From Solirubrobacteraceae bacterium (GTDB lineage Bacteria; Actinomycetota; Thermoleophilia; Solirubrobacterales; Solirubrobacteraceae), in contig JAWVFZ010000019.1 of the NCBI GenBank assembly GCA_033855555.1, positions 1 through 37,432 of the forward strand: a DNA stretch of 37,432 nucleotides, in the 5' to 3' direction. The notes beneath the pieces are model-generated. The model saw nothing but the letters and a program-made list of their open reading frames with translations, was not told where the DNA came from and searched no databases. This document shows positions 1-10,270 of this stretch, one piece after another. A program made the position numbers and the translations under genes. The stretch's first letter is position 1. Each line of letters starts with the position of its first letter.

Positions 1-2
1 TG

Positions 3-398
3 ATGGTTGCCTACGGCGTCGCGCCGACCGCGTGGGCGCTGATGCTGCCGGTGATCGTGCTCGTGACGCTGTTCTTCTCGATCGCCTGTGCGTTCCCGGC
101 CGCGGTGATCGGCCTGTGGATGCCGGAGATCTCGCCGTTCGTGATGAGCGCCGCCCGTGCGACGTACTTCGTGGCACCGGGCCTGATCTCGCTGTCGCAC
201 ATCTACGGCCACACGCACGACCTGCTGATCCTCAACCCGCTCACGGGGCTGTTCGAGTCCTTCCGCGACGCGCTCCTCTACGGCCAAGCGCCGCAGTGGT
301 GGGAGCTGGTCTACCCGACGGTCTTCGGCGTGCTGCTGATCGCTGTCGTCTATCCGGTCTGGCGACGCGACGCCCCGCATTTCGCCAAGGTTCTCTGA
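3..398 (+). CDS. ABC-2 type (Wzm/TagG-like) polysaccharide or teichoic-acid exporter permease, C-terminal part; the 5' end lies outside the window
   Basis: Hydrophobic multi-TM sequence with high GC3. It ends 3 nt before an ABC ATPase gene, the usual Wzm/Wzt or TagG/TagH arrangement. Confidence 0.7.
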   Translation: MVAYGVAPTAWALMLPVIVLVTLFFSIACAFPAAVIGLWMPEISPFVMSAARATYFVAPGLISLSHIYGHTHDLLILNPLTGLFESFRDALLYGQAPQWWELVYPTVFGVLLIAVVYPVWRRDAPHFAKVL

Positions 399-401
399 AC
401 G

Positions 402-1121
402 ATGCGCGCCCACATCAGCTGCGAGGACGTCGGCGTGCGTTTTCAGCTCGATCGCGCGCGCAAGGTCGTGACACCCGCGCTGGCCAAGCTGGTGCGCAAG
501 GGCGAGACGGTCTGGGGCCTGGAGAGCGTGAACCTGACGATCGCGCCGGGCGAGGCGGTCGCGCTGGTCGGGCGCTCGGGGTCTGGCAAGACGACGCTGC
601 TGCGCGTCCTCGCGGGAGTCCTGCCGGCCGACCGCGGGACGCTCGCCATGCGCGGGCGCGTGGGATCGCTGCTGGCGATCGACGCGGGCCTGCTCGGTCG
701 CCTCACCGGCCCCGAGAACGCGCTGATGCTGTCGGTCCTCGCGGGGATGACGCGCAAGGAGGCCACAGCGGCGATGCCGCGCATTCGCGAGATCAGCGGG
801 CTCGGTGCGGCGTTCGAGCGCCCGGTCTCGGCCTGGTCGCAGGGCATGCGGGCCCGGCTCGGCTTTGCGGTCGCCGACTGCATGACGCCGGACATCCTGC
901 TGCTCGACGAGGTCCACGAGGCGCTCGATCACGAGTTCCGCGCGATCATCGAGGAGCGCGCCTATGCGCTGAAGGAAAGCGGCGGGATCGTCGTCGCGGC
1001 AGGCCACGACCACGGCCTGCTGGAGCGCGTGTGCGACCGCGCCGTGCTGATGCGCGGCGGGCGCGTGGTCGACGACGGGCCCGTGAACCGCGTCGCGACC
1101 GACTACGTCGCCGCGCTGTAG
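402..1121 (+). CDS. ABC transporter ATP-binding protein (Wzt/TagH-like exporter ATPase)
   Basis: Walker A GRSGSGKTT, signature-like SQGMRARL and Walker B LLLDEVHEALD. Directly follows the permease gene. Confidence 0.9.
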   Translation: MRAHISCEDVGVRFQLDRARKVVTPALAKLVRKGETVWGLESVNLTIAPGEAVALVGRSGSGKTTLLRVLAGVLPADRGTLAMRGRVGSLLAIDAGLLGRLTGPENALMLSVLAGMTRKEATAAMPRIREISGLGAAFERPVSAWSQGMRARLGFAVADCMTPDILLLDEVHEALDHEFRAIIEERAYALKESGGIVVAAGHDHGLLERVCDRAVLMRGGRVVDDGPVNRVATDYVAAL

Positions 1122-2011
1122 CGCCGGCGTAGGTGCAACGCCACGCCGGCCGGGACGGCTGCCGTCGCGCTGACGTGGTGCATCACGTGCAGCGGCACCG
1201 CGGCCGCCGCCTCCAACGGCCCGCGCCGGCGAGCGACCTTGGCATAGAGATCCCCGTTCATGGCCGCGAACGCGCCCAGCGCGAGCAGCGAGACCCCGGG
1301 GCGCCGGAGCGCCGCGGCCCCGACGACGCCCAGGGCGAGCAGGGCGGAGATCCGGTGCTTGGCGCCGGCGTTGAGGGCGCTGTGCGGCGCGCGCCCGTCG
1401 AGCATCAGGTCGACCCACGGGATCGCGCGCTCGACAGTATCGACGTGGAGCATGCTCGCCAACGTGTAGCGCTTGAGGTGGGTGCCCTGGATCGCCGGAT
1501 CGAGCTCGATGCGCGCCCCCGCCTGGACCAGCCGCGCGCCAAGCTCGACGTCCTCGAGCCAGCGCCGGGCGGGGTCCAGGCGCCCGGCGGCGTCGAAGGC
1601 CGGGCGGCGAACCGCGCCCAGCCCGGTCCAGAAGCTCTGCGCCGGCCCGGCGCCCTCGTGGTGGACGTGGTGGTGCAGCAGGTTGCGAAACCCGGAGACC
1701 GGGCCCGGCGCCTCGGGCGAGTCGTCGTAGGAGCCGAAGACGGCGTCGAGCGCGGGATCGCGCAGCCGCGCGCGGATCCGGTCAAGCGCATCGGCGTGGA
1801 CGAGGACGTCGGCATCGACGAACACGAGCACGTCGCCGGTGGCCCGGTCGGCCGCCAGGTTGCGCGCCGCCGCGGGCGTGCCGCGGGCCGGTTCGTCGGC
1901 GACGAACAGCTCGTCGGGGCCGGCGGCCTCGATGGCCGCGAGGCAGCGCGAGAGCGTCGGCGCGGGCGCGGTGGCAGGCACGATGACGCTCAGACGCACG
2001 TCAGCAACCAT
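1103..2011 (-). CDS. Family 2 glycosyltransferase
   Basis: N-terminal LSVIVPA and DxD-like VFVDADV motifs typical of GT2. The track ORF begins at a TTG at 2071; I prefer the ATG at 2011 (MVADVRLSVIVP) by family N-terminus. The start is uncertain. The 3' end overlaps the convergent ABC ATPase gene by 19 nt. Confidence 0.75.
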   Translation of the reverse strand: MVADVRLSVIVPATAPAPTLSRCLAAIEAAGPDELFVADEPARGTPAAARNLAADRATGDVLVFVDADVLVHADALDRIRARLRDPALDAVFGSYDDSPEAPGPVSGFRNLLHHHVHHEGAGPAQSFWTGLGAVRRPAFDAAGRLDPARRWLEDVELGARLVQAGARIELDPAIQGTHLKRYTLASMLHVDTVERAIPWVDLMLDGRAPHSALNAGAKHRISALLALGVVGAAALRRPGVSLLALGAFAAMNGDLYAKVARRRGPLEAAAAVPLHVMHHVSATAAVPAGVALHLRRRYSAAT

Positions 2012-2082
2012 AGAACCGATGTTCGGAGCGAGGGTTGCCCGGGTACCGCGGAGGGCGGGGAGAACGTCCAAAGGAGCAAGAG

Positions 2083-2418
2083 ATGTCCACCGGAGCCGTC
2101 ATCGCAATCGTCATCGCTGTATTGGTCGTGATCGCCATCGTCGCGGTCCTCGTGCCGCGGATGCGCGCCCGGGCAGCCGAGCGCCGGCTCATCCAGGCCC
2201 GCAGCCGTGCCGCCGAAGGCCATCGGGAGGCCGCCGAGGAGCGCATGGACCGCGCGCGCCTGGCCGAGCGCGAGGCCCAGCGTGACCGCGCCGAGGCCGA
2301 GCTGCACGAGGCTCGGGCGCACATGCACGAAGAGGGCAGGGCCGACGAGACGCTCGGCGAGGCGCCGGATCCCTCCGGCCGCTTCGACCGCCAAGACGAA
2401 CGCCAGCGCACCACTTAG
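2083..2418 (+). CDS. Hypothetical single-pass membrane protein with a charged Arg/Glu/Ala-rich helical tail
   Basis: ATG at 2083 is preceded by AAGGAG at 2071-2076. One TM (AVIAIVIAVLVVIAIVAVLV) is followed by an ERRL/AEREAQRDRAEAEL helical region. High GC3. Confidence 0.6.
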   Translation: MSTGAVIAIVIAVLVVIAIVAVLVPRMRARAAERRLIQARSRAAEGHREAAEERMDRARLAEREAQRDRAEAELHEARAHMHEEGRADETLGEAPDPSGRFDRQDERQRTT

Positions 2419-2447
2419 TCGCACTCCCTGGGGGACAGGTGAGGACC

Positions 2448-2475
2448 GGTCGGCGCCGGATTTCCGGCGCCGATC
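2448..2475 (+). terminator. GC-rich hairpin between the small membrane protein gene and ctaA; terminator-like but without a U-tract
   Basis: TCGGCGCCGG (2450-2459) pairs with CCGGCGCCGA (2464-2473) around a 4-nt loop, with two possible extra pairs outside. Confidence 0.4.
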
Positions 2476-2493
2476 CGTCATCCTGCAGGGGGC

Positions 2494-3450
2494 ATGCAGG
2501 AGCGCTTCACGATCTCGCCGCAGCGGTTCACGCAGCTCGCGTGGTTCACGCTGGGCCTGCTGATGGTCGTGGTCGTGACCGGCGCGGGCGTGCGCCTGAC
2601 GCGCTCGGGGCTGGGCTGCCCGGACTGGCCCAAATGCCACGGCGGCGCGCTGCCGCCGGCCAACCTGAACTCGATCATCGAGTACGGCAATCGCGTGCTC
2701 AGCGGGCTTGTGAGCGTCGTCGGCCTCTTCGTCTGGATCGCCTCGCTGCGCCGGCGCCCGCGGCGCCGCGACCTCACGCTGATCTCCGCGTTCTTCCCCG
2801 TCTTCCTGTTCGCCGAGGCGGCCCTCGGCGCGCTGACGGTCAAGCACGATCTCGCCCCCGGCTACGTGATGGCGCACTTCGGCGTCGGCATGCTCGTGCT
2901 GATCGCCTCGGTGCTCCTGGTCTGGCGCTGTCGCTCCGACGAGCCGCAGGAGCCCAGCCGGCTGCCGCGCCCGCTCTGGGCGATGATCTGGACGCTGCTG
3001 CCGCTCGGCGCCGTGGTCGTGTTCGCCGGCACCGTGGCGACCGCGGCCGGCCCCCACGCCGGCGGCCAGAAGAACCAGCCCGTGCACCGGCTCGACTTCA
3101 AGGGCGACGAGACGCTGCGCTGGGCCGTGCATGCGCACGGGCACATCGCCGCCGCGCTGGGGGTGCTCGCGCTGGCGAGCTGGCTGTACATGCAGATGAC
3201 CGGTGGGCCGCGAAAGGTGTTCGTGCCGCTGACCGCGACGACCGTGTTGCTCGGGATCCAGGGCCTCGTCGGGCACATCCAGTGGGACAACAAGCTGCCC
3301 GCCGAGATCGTGTTCGTCCATGTCGCCCTGGCCTGCACGACCTGGGTGACGCTGCTGTGGTCGGTCGCGGCGGCCGGCGCGAAGGTGCCCGTGCCTCAGG
3401 CGAGCACGCGCTCGGCGGCGGCGACCGCCAGCGGCACGAGGGCGGTGTAG
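2494..3450 (+). CDS. ctaA: Heme A synthase (COX15/CtaA family)
   Basis: GLGCPDWPKCHG motif near the N-terminus, multiple TM segments with conserved His, and SD-like AGGGGG upstream of the ATG. Confidence 0.9.
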   Translation: MQERFTISPQRFTQLAWFTLGLLMVVVVTGAGVRLTRSGLGCPDWPKCHGGALPPANLNSIIEYGNRVLSGLVSVVGLFVWIASLRRRPRRRDLTLISAFFPVFLFAEAALGALTVKHDLAPGYVMAHFGVGMLVLIASVLLVWRCRSDEPQEPSRLPRPLWAMIWTLLPLGAVVVFAGTVATAAGPHAGGQKNQPVHRLDFKGDETLRWAVHAHGHIAAALGVLALASWLYMQMTGGPRKVFVPLTATTVLLGIQGLVGHIQWDNKLPAEIVFVHVALACTTWVTLLWSVAAAGAKVPVPQASTRSAAATASGTRAV

Positions 3451-3560
3451 CCCGCGAGCAGGACGAGCGGGGGGCGGCTGCGGCGGGCACGGCGGCGCGA
3501 GCGGATCTGGCGCCGCGTGACGGTGCTCGCGTAGATGGAGGCGGGAGGCCCGTTCCTCAT
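3396..3560 (-). CDS. Candidate 54-aa tail-anchored membrane protein (unlisted short ORF); tentative
   Basis: ATG at 3560, TGA at 3396. Peptide MRNGPPASIYASTVTRRQIRSRRRARRSRPPLVLLAGYTALVPLAVAAAERVLA has a basic N-terminus and one C-terminal TM. 34 of the 36 codons lying outside ctaA have G/C at position 3. The SD is weak (AAGG abuts the ATG) and the last 55 nt overlap ctaA antisense in the same codon phase. Confidence 0.3.
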   Translation of the reverse strand: MRNGPPASIYASTVTRRQIRSRRRARRSRPPLVLLAGYTALVPLAVAAAERVLA

Positions 3561-3613
3561 CCTTGTGGTGAATCGAACATGGTCCGCCGGACGAGATGCA
3601 AGCGCCGATCCCG

Positions 3614-6124
3614 CTATGAGCGGGAATCGCCCGTGGCGCGCAGCACGAGCAGCGCCACGTCGTCGCGCTGCGGGCCTTGCTCGAACTCGAGCAACGCGGC
3701 GTCGATGCTGCTGGCGACGTCGTCGGGCGCGAGGCTGGCGCACCTGCCCAGCAGCTGCTCGAGGCGCTCCTGCCCGAAACGCTCGACCTCGCCGCGCGTA
3801 TCGGTGACGCCGTCGGTGTAGAGCACGATCGACTCGCCCTTGTGCAGATCGACCTGCGCGGCCTCCCAGGTGACGTCCTCGAAGGCGCCCAGCAGCGTCC
3901 CGGGGGGGCCGGCGGGCTCGGGATCGTGCCGCGGACGCAGCAGGTACGGCGAGGGATGTCCGGCGCAGGCGACGCGCAGCCGCACCGCATCGCCGTCCGG
4001 CGCGACGTGCAACATCACCGCGGTGCAGAGCTGGCGGCGCTCGGGGTCGGAGAGCAGGACCTCGTTGAGGCGCTCAAGGACCTTCTCAGGTGTGCGCTCG
4101 TACATCGCCGCTGTGCGCATCGTGTAGCGCGCCAGCGACGTGATCGCCGCGGCGCCGGGGCCCTTGCCGGTGACGTCGCCGATCACGATCATCCAGCCGT
4201 CCTCGGCCCGGAAGAGGTCATAGAAGTCGCCGCCGACCTCGGCCGCCACGCCGGCGGCGCGGAACCGTGCGGCGATCTCCAGCCCCGGGATGACCGGCAG
4301 GCGCGGCGGGAGCAGGCTGCGCTGCAGCGTGGTGGCGATGTGCGAGCGCGCGGCGTGCACGCGCGCGTTGGCCACGGCGACGCCGGCGCGGCGGCCGAGC
4401 TCCTCCATCAGCGATAGGTCGGCCGGGCCGAGGCGGCGCCCGCGGCCTTCGCTCACGAGCACGATCGCGCCGGTCTCGCGCTCGCCGGGCGCGACCAGCG
4501 GCACGATCGCCGCAGAGAGGACCTCCTCGTCGGACGCGCCCTCATCGGCGACCGTCTCCAGCTGGGACTCTCCGGGCGCGGTCCGCCCCAGGAGATCCAG
4601 CGCAAGCTCCTCGAAGCGCTCGGCCCCGCCGCCACCCATGTGCGCCACGGCAACCCGGCGCAGCCTTCCCTGGTCGTCGGGCAGCAGGACCGCGCACCAG
4701 TCGGCGAAGTCCGGGATGACGGTCCACGCCACCTTCTCGATCGTCGCGTCGACGTCGAGCGAGGACGTCAGCAACTTCGACGCGGAGGACAGGAAGCGCT
4801 GCCTGCGGGCGATGTGCACGACGTCGGTGATGTCCTCGGTCACCGTCACCGAGAGCGTGGCGCCCCCGTTGTCGGCGGCGATCGGCGTGGCCGCCAGACG
4901 GACCCAGCGCTCCTCGCCGGTGGCGCGATCGACCTGGCGCATGACGACGGACTGGGGCCGCTCGCCGCGCAATGCGAGCCGGCCGGGGTAGGCGTCCTGC
5001 GGGAACGGGTTGCCCTGCTCGTCGAACTGCCAGAAGCGCGCCGCGATCTCGGCGACCGGCGTCGCCAGGAGCTGCTCGGGTGAGTCGCTGCCCATGATGG
5101 CGGCCGCGGCCTGGTTGGCGTAGACCAGCTCCCCGGAGCTGTCCTGGACGGTGACGGCCTCGGAAAGGTTCGCGAGGATCGCCTCGAGCTGGCCCTCCGT
5201 GCGCCGCAGCTCGCTGAAAAGGCGCGCGTTGTCGACGGCCAGGGCCGCGCGGCGGGCGAGGTCGCGTGCGACCGCGAAGTCGTGCTCGTCGTAGGGCACG
5301 TCGGCGCTGAAGCGCAACAGCGAGAGCACCCCCAGCGTGCGCCCGCGCGCGCTGAGCGGCACGACCACCGCCGAGCGGTAGTGGAGCTTGCGCATCAGCG
5401 CGAAGTGCTCTTCGCTCGCGGCGTAGCGGCGCAGGTTCTCCTCCGGGAGCTCGCTGAGCAGCTCAGCCCGGCCGGTGCGCGCCGCGATCGCGACGGGATG
5501 CTCGCCGCCGGGGTCCAGCGGAAAGCGCAAGCGGTGCTCGCGCAGCGCCTCGGCATCCGACGGATCGGCACCGATGACCGCCACGCCCTTGATGGCCCCG
5601 TCGGGTTCGAGCAGGTCGACGATGCAGAGATCGGCCATGTCCGGCACGGCCAGGCCCGCGACCTGGGTGAGCATCGTCGTCGAGTCTGCCGGCGCTTCGA
5701 GCAGCCCGCTCGCGCGCGAGGCGAACTCCTGGCGCACGCGCTCGGTCCGCTCGCGGTCCAGGAGCTGGGACGTGCGCAGGCGCTCGCTGTCGAGGCGCCG
5801 GCGGATGCGTGCGGTGATGACCGCAAGCGTGCCGCCGGCGAGCACGAGCGCCATGTGCATGAAATGGATCGACTCGCCGAACGTGTCGTTGACCGCGCCG
5901 AGCGCGATCGCGACGGCGAACGCGACGATGGCGATGACGGCCGTCTCGCGCTCGCTGCCGCGCGTGGCGATGAACATGGGGGCGATCAGGACCCACGGCG
6001 TCAGCGTGACCGTGTTCGACAGCGCCCAGTCGACCGCGACGATCCCGGCGAGCACGGCAAGGCCCAGCGCCAGGACCGCGAGGTCGGGGTCGCGCGGCGC
6101 ACGGGAGGGAAGCGGTGACGCCAT
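3614..6124 (-). CDS. Membrane-anchored PP2C-type (SpoIIE/RsbU family) serine phosphatase with a GAF-PAS-GAF sensor region
   Basis: About 4 N-terminal TM helices, two GAF-like blocks flanking a PAS-like block (EAILANLSEAVTVQD...), and a C-terminal PP2C domain (GGDFYD, VIGDVTGKG, LYTDGV, DDVALLVL). Confidence 0.85.
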   Translation of the reverse strand: MASPLPSRAPRDPDLAVLALGLAVLAGIVAVDWALSNTVTLTPWVLIAPMFIATRGSERETAVIAIVAFAVAIALGAVNDTFGESIHFMHMALVLAGGTLAVITARIRRRLDSERLRTSQLLDRERTERVRQEFASRASGLLEAPADSTTMLTQVAGLAVPDMADLCIVDLLEPDGAIKGVAVIGADPSDAEALREHRLRFPLDPGGEHPVAIAARTGRAELLSELPEENLRRYAASEEHFALMRKLHYRSAVVVPLSARGRTLGVLSLLRFSADVPYDEHDFAVARDLARRAALAVDNARLFSELRRTEGQLEAILANLSEAVTVQDSSGELVYANQAAAAIMGSDSPEQLLATPVAEIAARFWQFDEQGNPFPQDAYPGRLALRGERPQSVVMRQVDRATGEERWVRLAATPIAADNGGATLSVTVTEDITDVVHIARRQRFLSSASKLLTSSLDVDATIEKVAWTVIPDFADWCAVLLPDDQGRLRRVAVAHMGGGGAERFEELALDLLGRTAPGESQLETVADEGASDEEVLSAAIVPLVAPGERETGAIVLVSEGRGRRLGPADLSLMEELGRRAGVAVANARVHAARSHIATTLQRSLLPPRLPVIPGLEIAARFRAAGVAAEVGGDFYDLFRAEDGWMIVIGDVTGKGPGAAAITSLARYTMRTAAMYERTPEKVLERLNEVLLSDPERRQLCTAVMLHVAPDGDAVRLRVACAGHPSPYLLRPRHDPEPAGPPGTLLGAFEDVTWEAAQVDLHKGESIVLYTDGVTDTRGEVERFGQERLEQLLGRCASLAPDDVASSIDAALLEFEQGPQRDDVALLVLRATGDSRS

Positions 6125-6150
6125 GCCCGCGCCAATCCTATGGCGCGGGC
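6125..6150 (-). terminator. Perfect 10-bp hairpin between the lon stop and the phosphatase start codon
   Basis: GCCCGCGCCA (6125-6134) and TGGCGCGGGC (6141-6150) with a 6-nt loop. It starts 14 nt after the lon stop and directly abuts the ATG at 6124. No U-tract. Confidence 0.45.
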
Positions 6151-6164
6151 ATGTGGTCAGGGGA

Positions 6165-8459
<2,295 letters not shown>

Positions 8460-8546
8460 GTGCATCCTTTACGGGTTCAACCGTTGCGGACGCAACAGTA
8501 GCAGAAGATCTGCGCTGTCCCGACTGAGATGTCCAGCGTGACAGCC

Positions 8547-9074
8547 TCAGGCGGCCAGATCGAGCGCGTAGAAGAACGCGTGGCCTGGGACGCCTGGCGG
8601 CAGGCCGCGAGCGATGCCGATGCCGGCCTGGCGGAACTGCCCGCCGAGCAGGATCGCGCGATGGCCCGGCGAGCGCATCCAGGCCCGCACCGCCGCCGCG
8701 GGCGACGCTACGCGGGGCTGGCCCCAGTAGAGGTTCTCCCCGAGTAGGTCGAAGCTCGTCAGCCCGGTGCTCGTGACGCGGTCCAGCAGCGTCGCGCCGC
8801 TCGGCTCCGTGTGCGAGAGGTAGCTGCCCGCGGCCATGCTCTGCGCGTGCCCGTCCGCTGCGAGGCGAAGTGAGCGTGCGGTGTGGACCGGCTCCAGCCC
8901 CGCGCGCCTGCGCACGACGTTGACCATGCACAGCGTCGCGACCCGGGCCGCATCCAGCCTCGCGACCGCGGGGCGCTTGTGTGCGCTGCGGCAACGTGCC
9001 CCGGCCGTGGCCGGGACGGCGGCGGTGACGGCGAGCGCGCAGGAGAGCGCTCCCGCGAGCATGAAGCTCCGCAT
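8547..9074 (-). CDS. Secreted CAP/SCP (YkwD-like) domain protein
   Basis: Signal peptide MRSFMLAGALSCALAVTAAVPATA, CAP-like blocks (GENLYWG, WMRSPGHRAILL), and SD GGGGGAAGG upstream. Confidence 0.75.
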   Translation of the reverse strand: MRSFMLAGALSCALAVTAAVPATAGARCRSAHKRPAVARLDAARVATLCMVNVVRRRAGLEPVHTARSLRLAADGHAQSMAAGSYLSHTEPSGATLLDRVTSTGLTSFDLLGENLYWGQPRVASPAAAVRAWMRSPGHRAILLGGQFRQAGIGIARGLPPGVPGHAFFYALDLAA

Positions 9075-9165
9075 GGCCTTCCCCCTGTTTCGTCGTCCTC
9101 ACGGCGGTGTGAGAACGCGTCATGATCCTGCCCCGGCGACACCGGGTTCATGCGCGTTTGGTCGA

Positions 9166-9384
9166 TCAGCCGACGTGCGGAGCCGAGAGCTGCGCCCGCA
9201 TGGACGCGATCTCGATCACGGCGGCGCCGATGAAGGCGGAGCGGTAGGCCGCGATCTCCTGCTCGAGGTCGGCCATGTAGGCGCCATCGGCGGCGAGCCC
9301 GACCTGGACGGCAAGCACACGCTCTTCGTAGAGGAGCTCGAGGTGCCGCTTGACGTCGCTGGCAGTGAGGGTGTTCGCGTTCAA
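9166..9384 (-). CDS. Hypothetical small helical protein (72 aa, TTG start)
   Basis: Very high GC3 across the ORF and no recognisable motif. The start is a TTG with a weak SD. Confidence 0.45.
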   Translation of the reverse strand: MNANTLTASDVKRHLELLYEERVLAVQVGLAADGAYMADLEQEIAAYRSAFIGAAVIEIASMRAQLSAPHVG

Positions 9385-9464
9385 GTCCGTTATCCGTTCG
9401 CTTCGTGGTGCCCGTCCAACGGCCCACTCACACAGGGATTACGAGACAAGACGCCGATTGGATG

Positions 9465-10214
9465 TCAGATGTTCCCGACGCGCGCCGGATGCGCGTACAC
9501 GTTCGCCCTGCCGCCGCGCGCGAAGCCGACGAGCGTGAGCCCGCGGTCCTGGGCGACCTGGACGGCCAGCGAGGTCGGCGCGCCAACGCCGACGAGGATC
9601 GGCGCGCCGGCGATGACCGCCTTCTGCACGAGCTCGAAGCTGAGCCGGCCGCTGACGCAGAGGACCCGGTCGTGCAGCGGCAGCCCGCCGTCGAGCAGCG
9701 CGCGGCCGACGACCTTGTCCATCGCGTTGTGGCGCCCGACATCCTCGCGGACGCAGAGGAGCTCGCCGCCGGGGGTGAACAGGCCCGTCGCGTGGAGGCC
9801 GCCCGTGCGCTCGAACCCGGGCTGGCGCAGGCGGTCGGGGAGGGCGGCGAGCAGGGCCCGGTCGACGACCGGCCCCGCCGGCAGCGCGGGCGCGAGCACG
9901 GCGATCTCCTCGAGCGCACCCTTGCCGCACACGCCGCACGACGACGTCGCGTAGAAGCGCCGCTGGGCAGGCTCGCGCAGCAGCGGCCCCGCGACCTCGA
10001 CGATGTTCCCCGCGAGGTCGGCCGGCGGCCCGGCGGCACGCGGCTCGCCGAGCAATCCCTCGCCCACCAGGAAGCCGAGCGCCAGTTCGTCGTCGTGGCC
10101 GGGCGTGCGCATCGTGACGGCCAGCGGCGCGCCGTCGACGCGGATCTCCAGCGGCTCCTCGACCGCGACCTCGTCGCGAATCCCGTCGTGCTCGATGCGG
10201 ACGGCCAGCGCCAT
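9465..10214 (-). CDS. fdhD: Formate dehydrogenase accessory sulfurtransferase FdhD
   Basis: Family motifs TPGHDDELALGFLVGEG, SSCGVCGK and GRHNAMDK. No SD; a TANNNT box sits at -12..-7 relative to the ATG. Confidence 0.9.
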   Translation of the reverse strand: MALAVRIEHDGIRDEVAVEEPLEIRVDGAPLAVTMRTPGHDDELALGFLVGEGLLGEPRAAGPPADLAGNIVEVAGPLLREPAQRRFYATSSCGVCGKGALEEIAVLAPALPAGPVVDRALLAALPDRLRQPGFERTGGLHATGLFTPGGELLCVREDVGRHNAMDKVVGRALLDGGLPLHDRVLCVSGRLSFELVQKAVIAGAPILVGVGAPTSLAVQVAQDRGLTLVGFARGGRANVYAHPARVGNI

Positions 10215-10223
10215 GGGCCGAGG

Positions 10224-10258
10224 CTACCCGGCGCGTTAGTTCCGATGCACCCGGGTAG
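10224..10258. promoter_or_regulatory. Inverted repeat CTACCCGG-N19-CCGGGTAG in the fdhD / 10271 divergent intergenic region
   Basis: Arms at 10224-10231 and 10251-10258, each lying just upstream of one of the two divergent start codons. Confidence 0.35.
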
Positions 10259-10270
10259 GAACCGGCGGCC

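Noticed and set aside
9465-10214. FdhD without any adjacent formate dehydrogenase genes, considered as an anomaly
   Set aside because: FdhD-type sulfurtransferases, as far as I know, serve several Mo-bisPGD enzymes and are often encoded away from their clients. The window is too small to call it orphaned.
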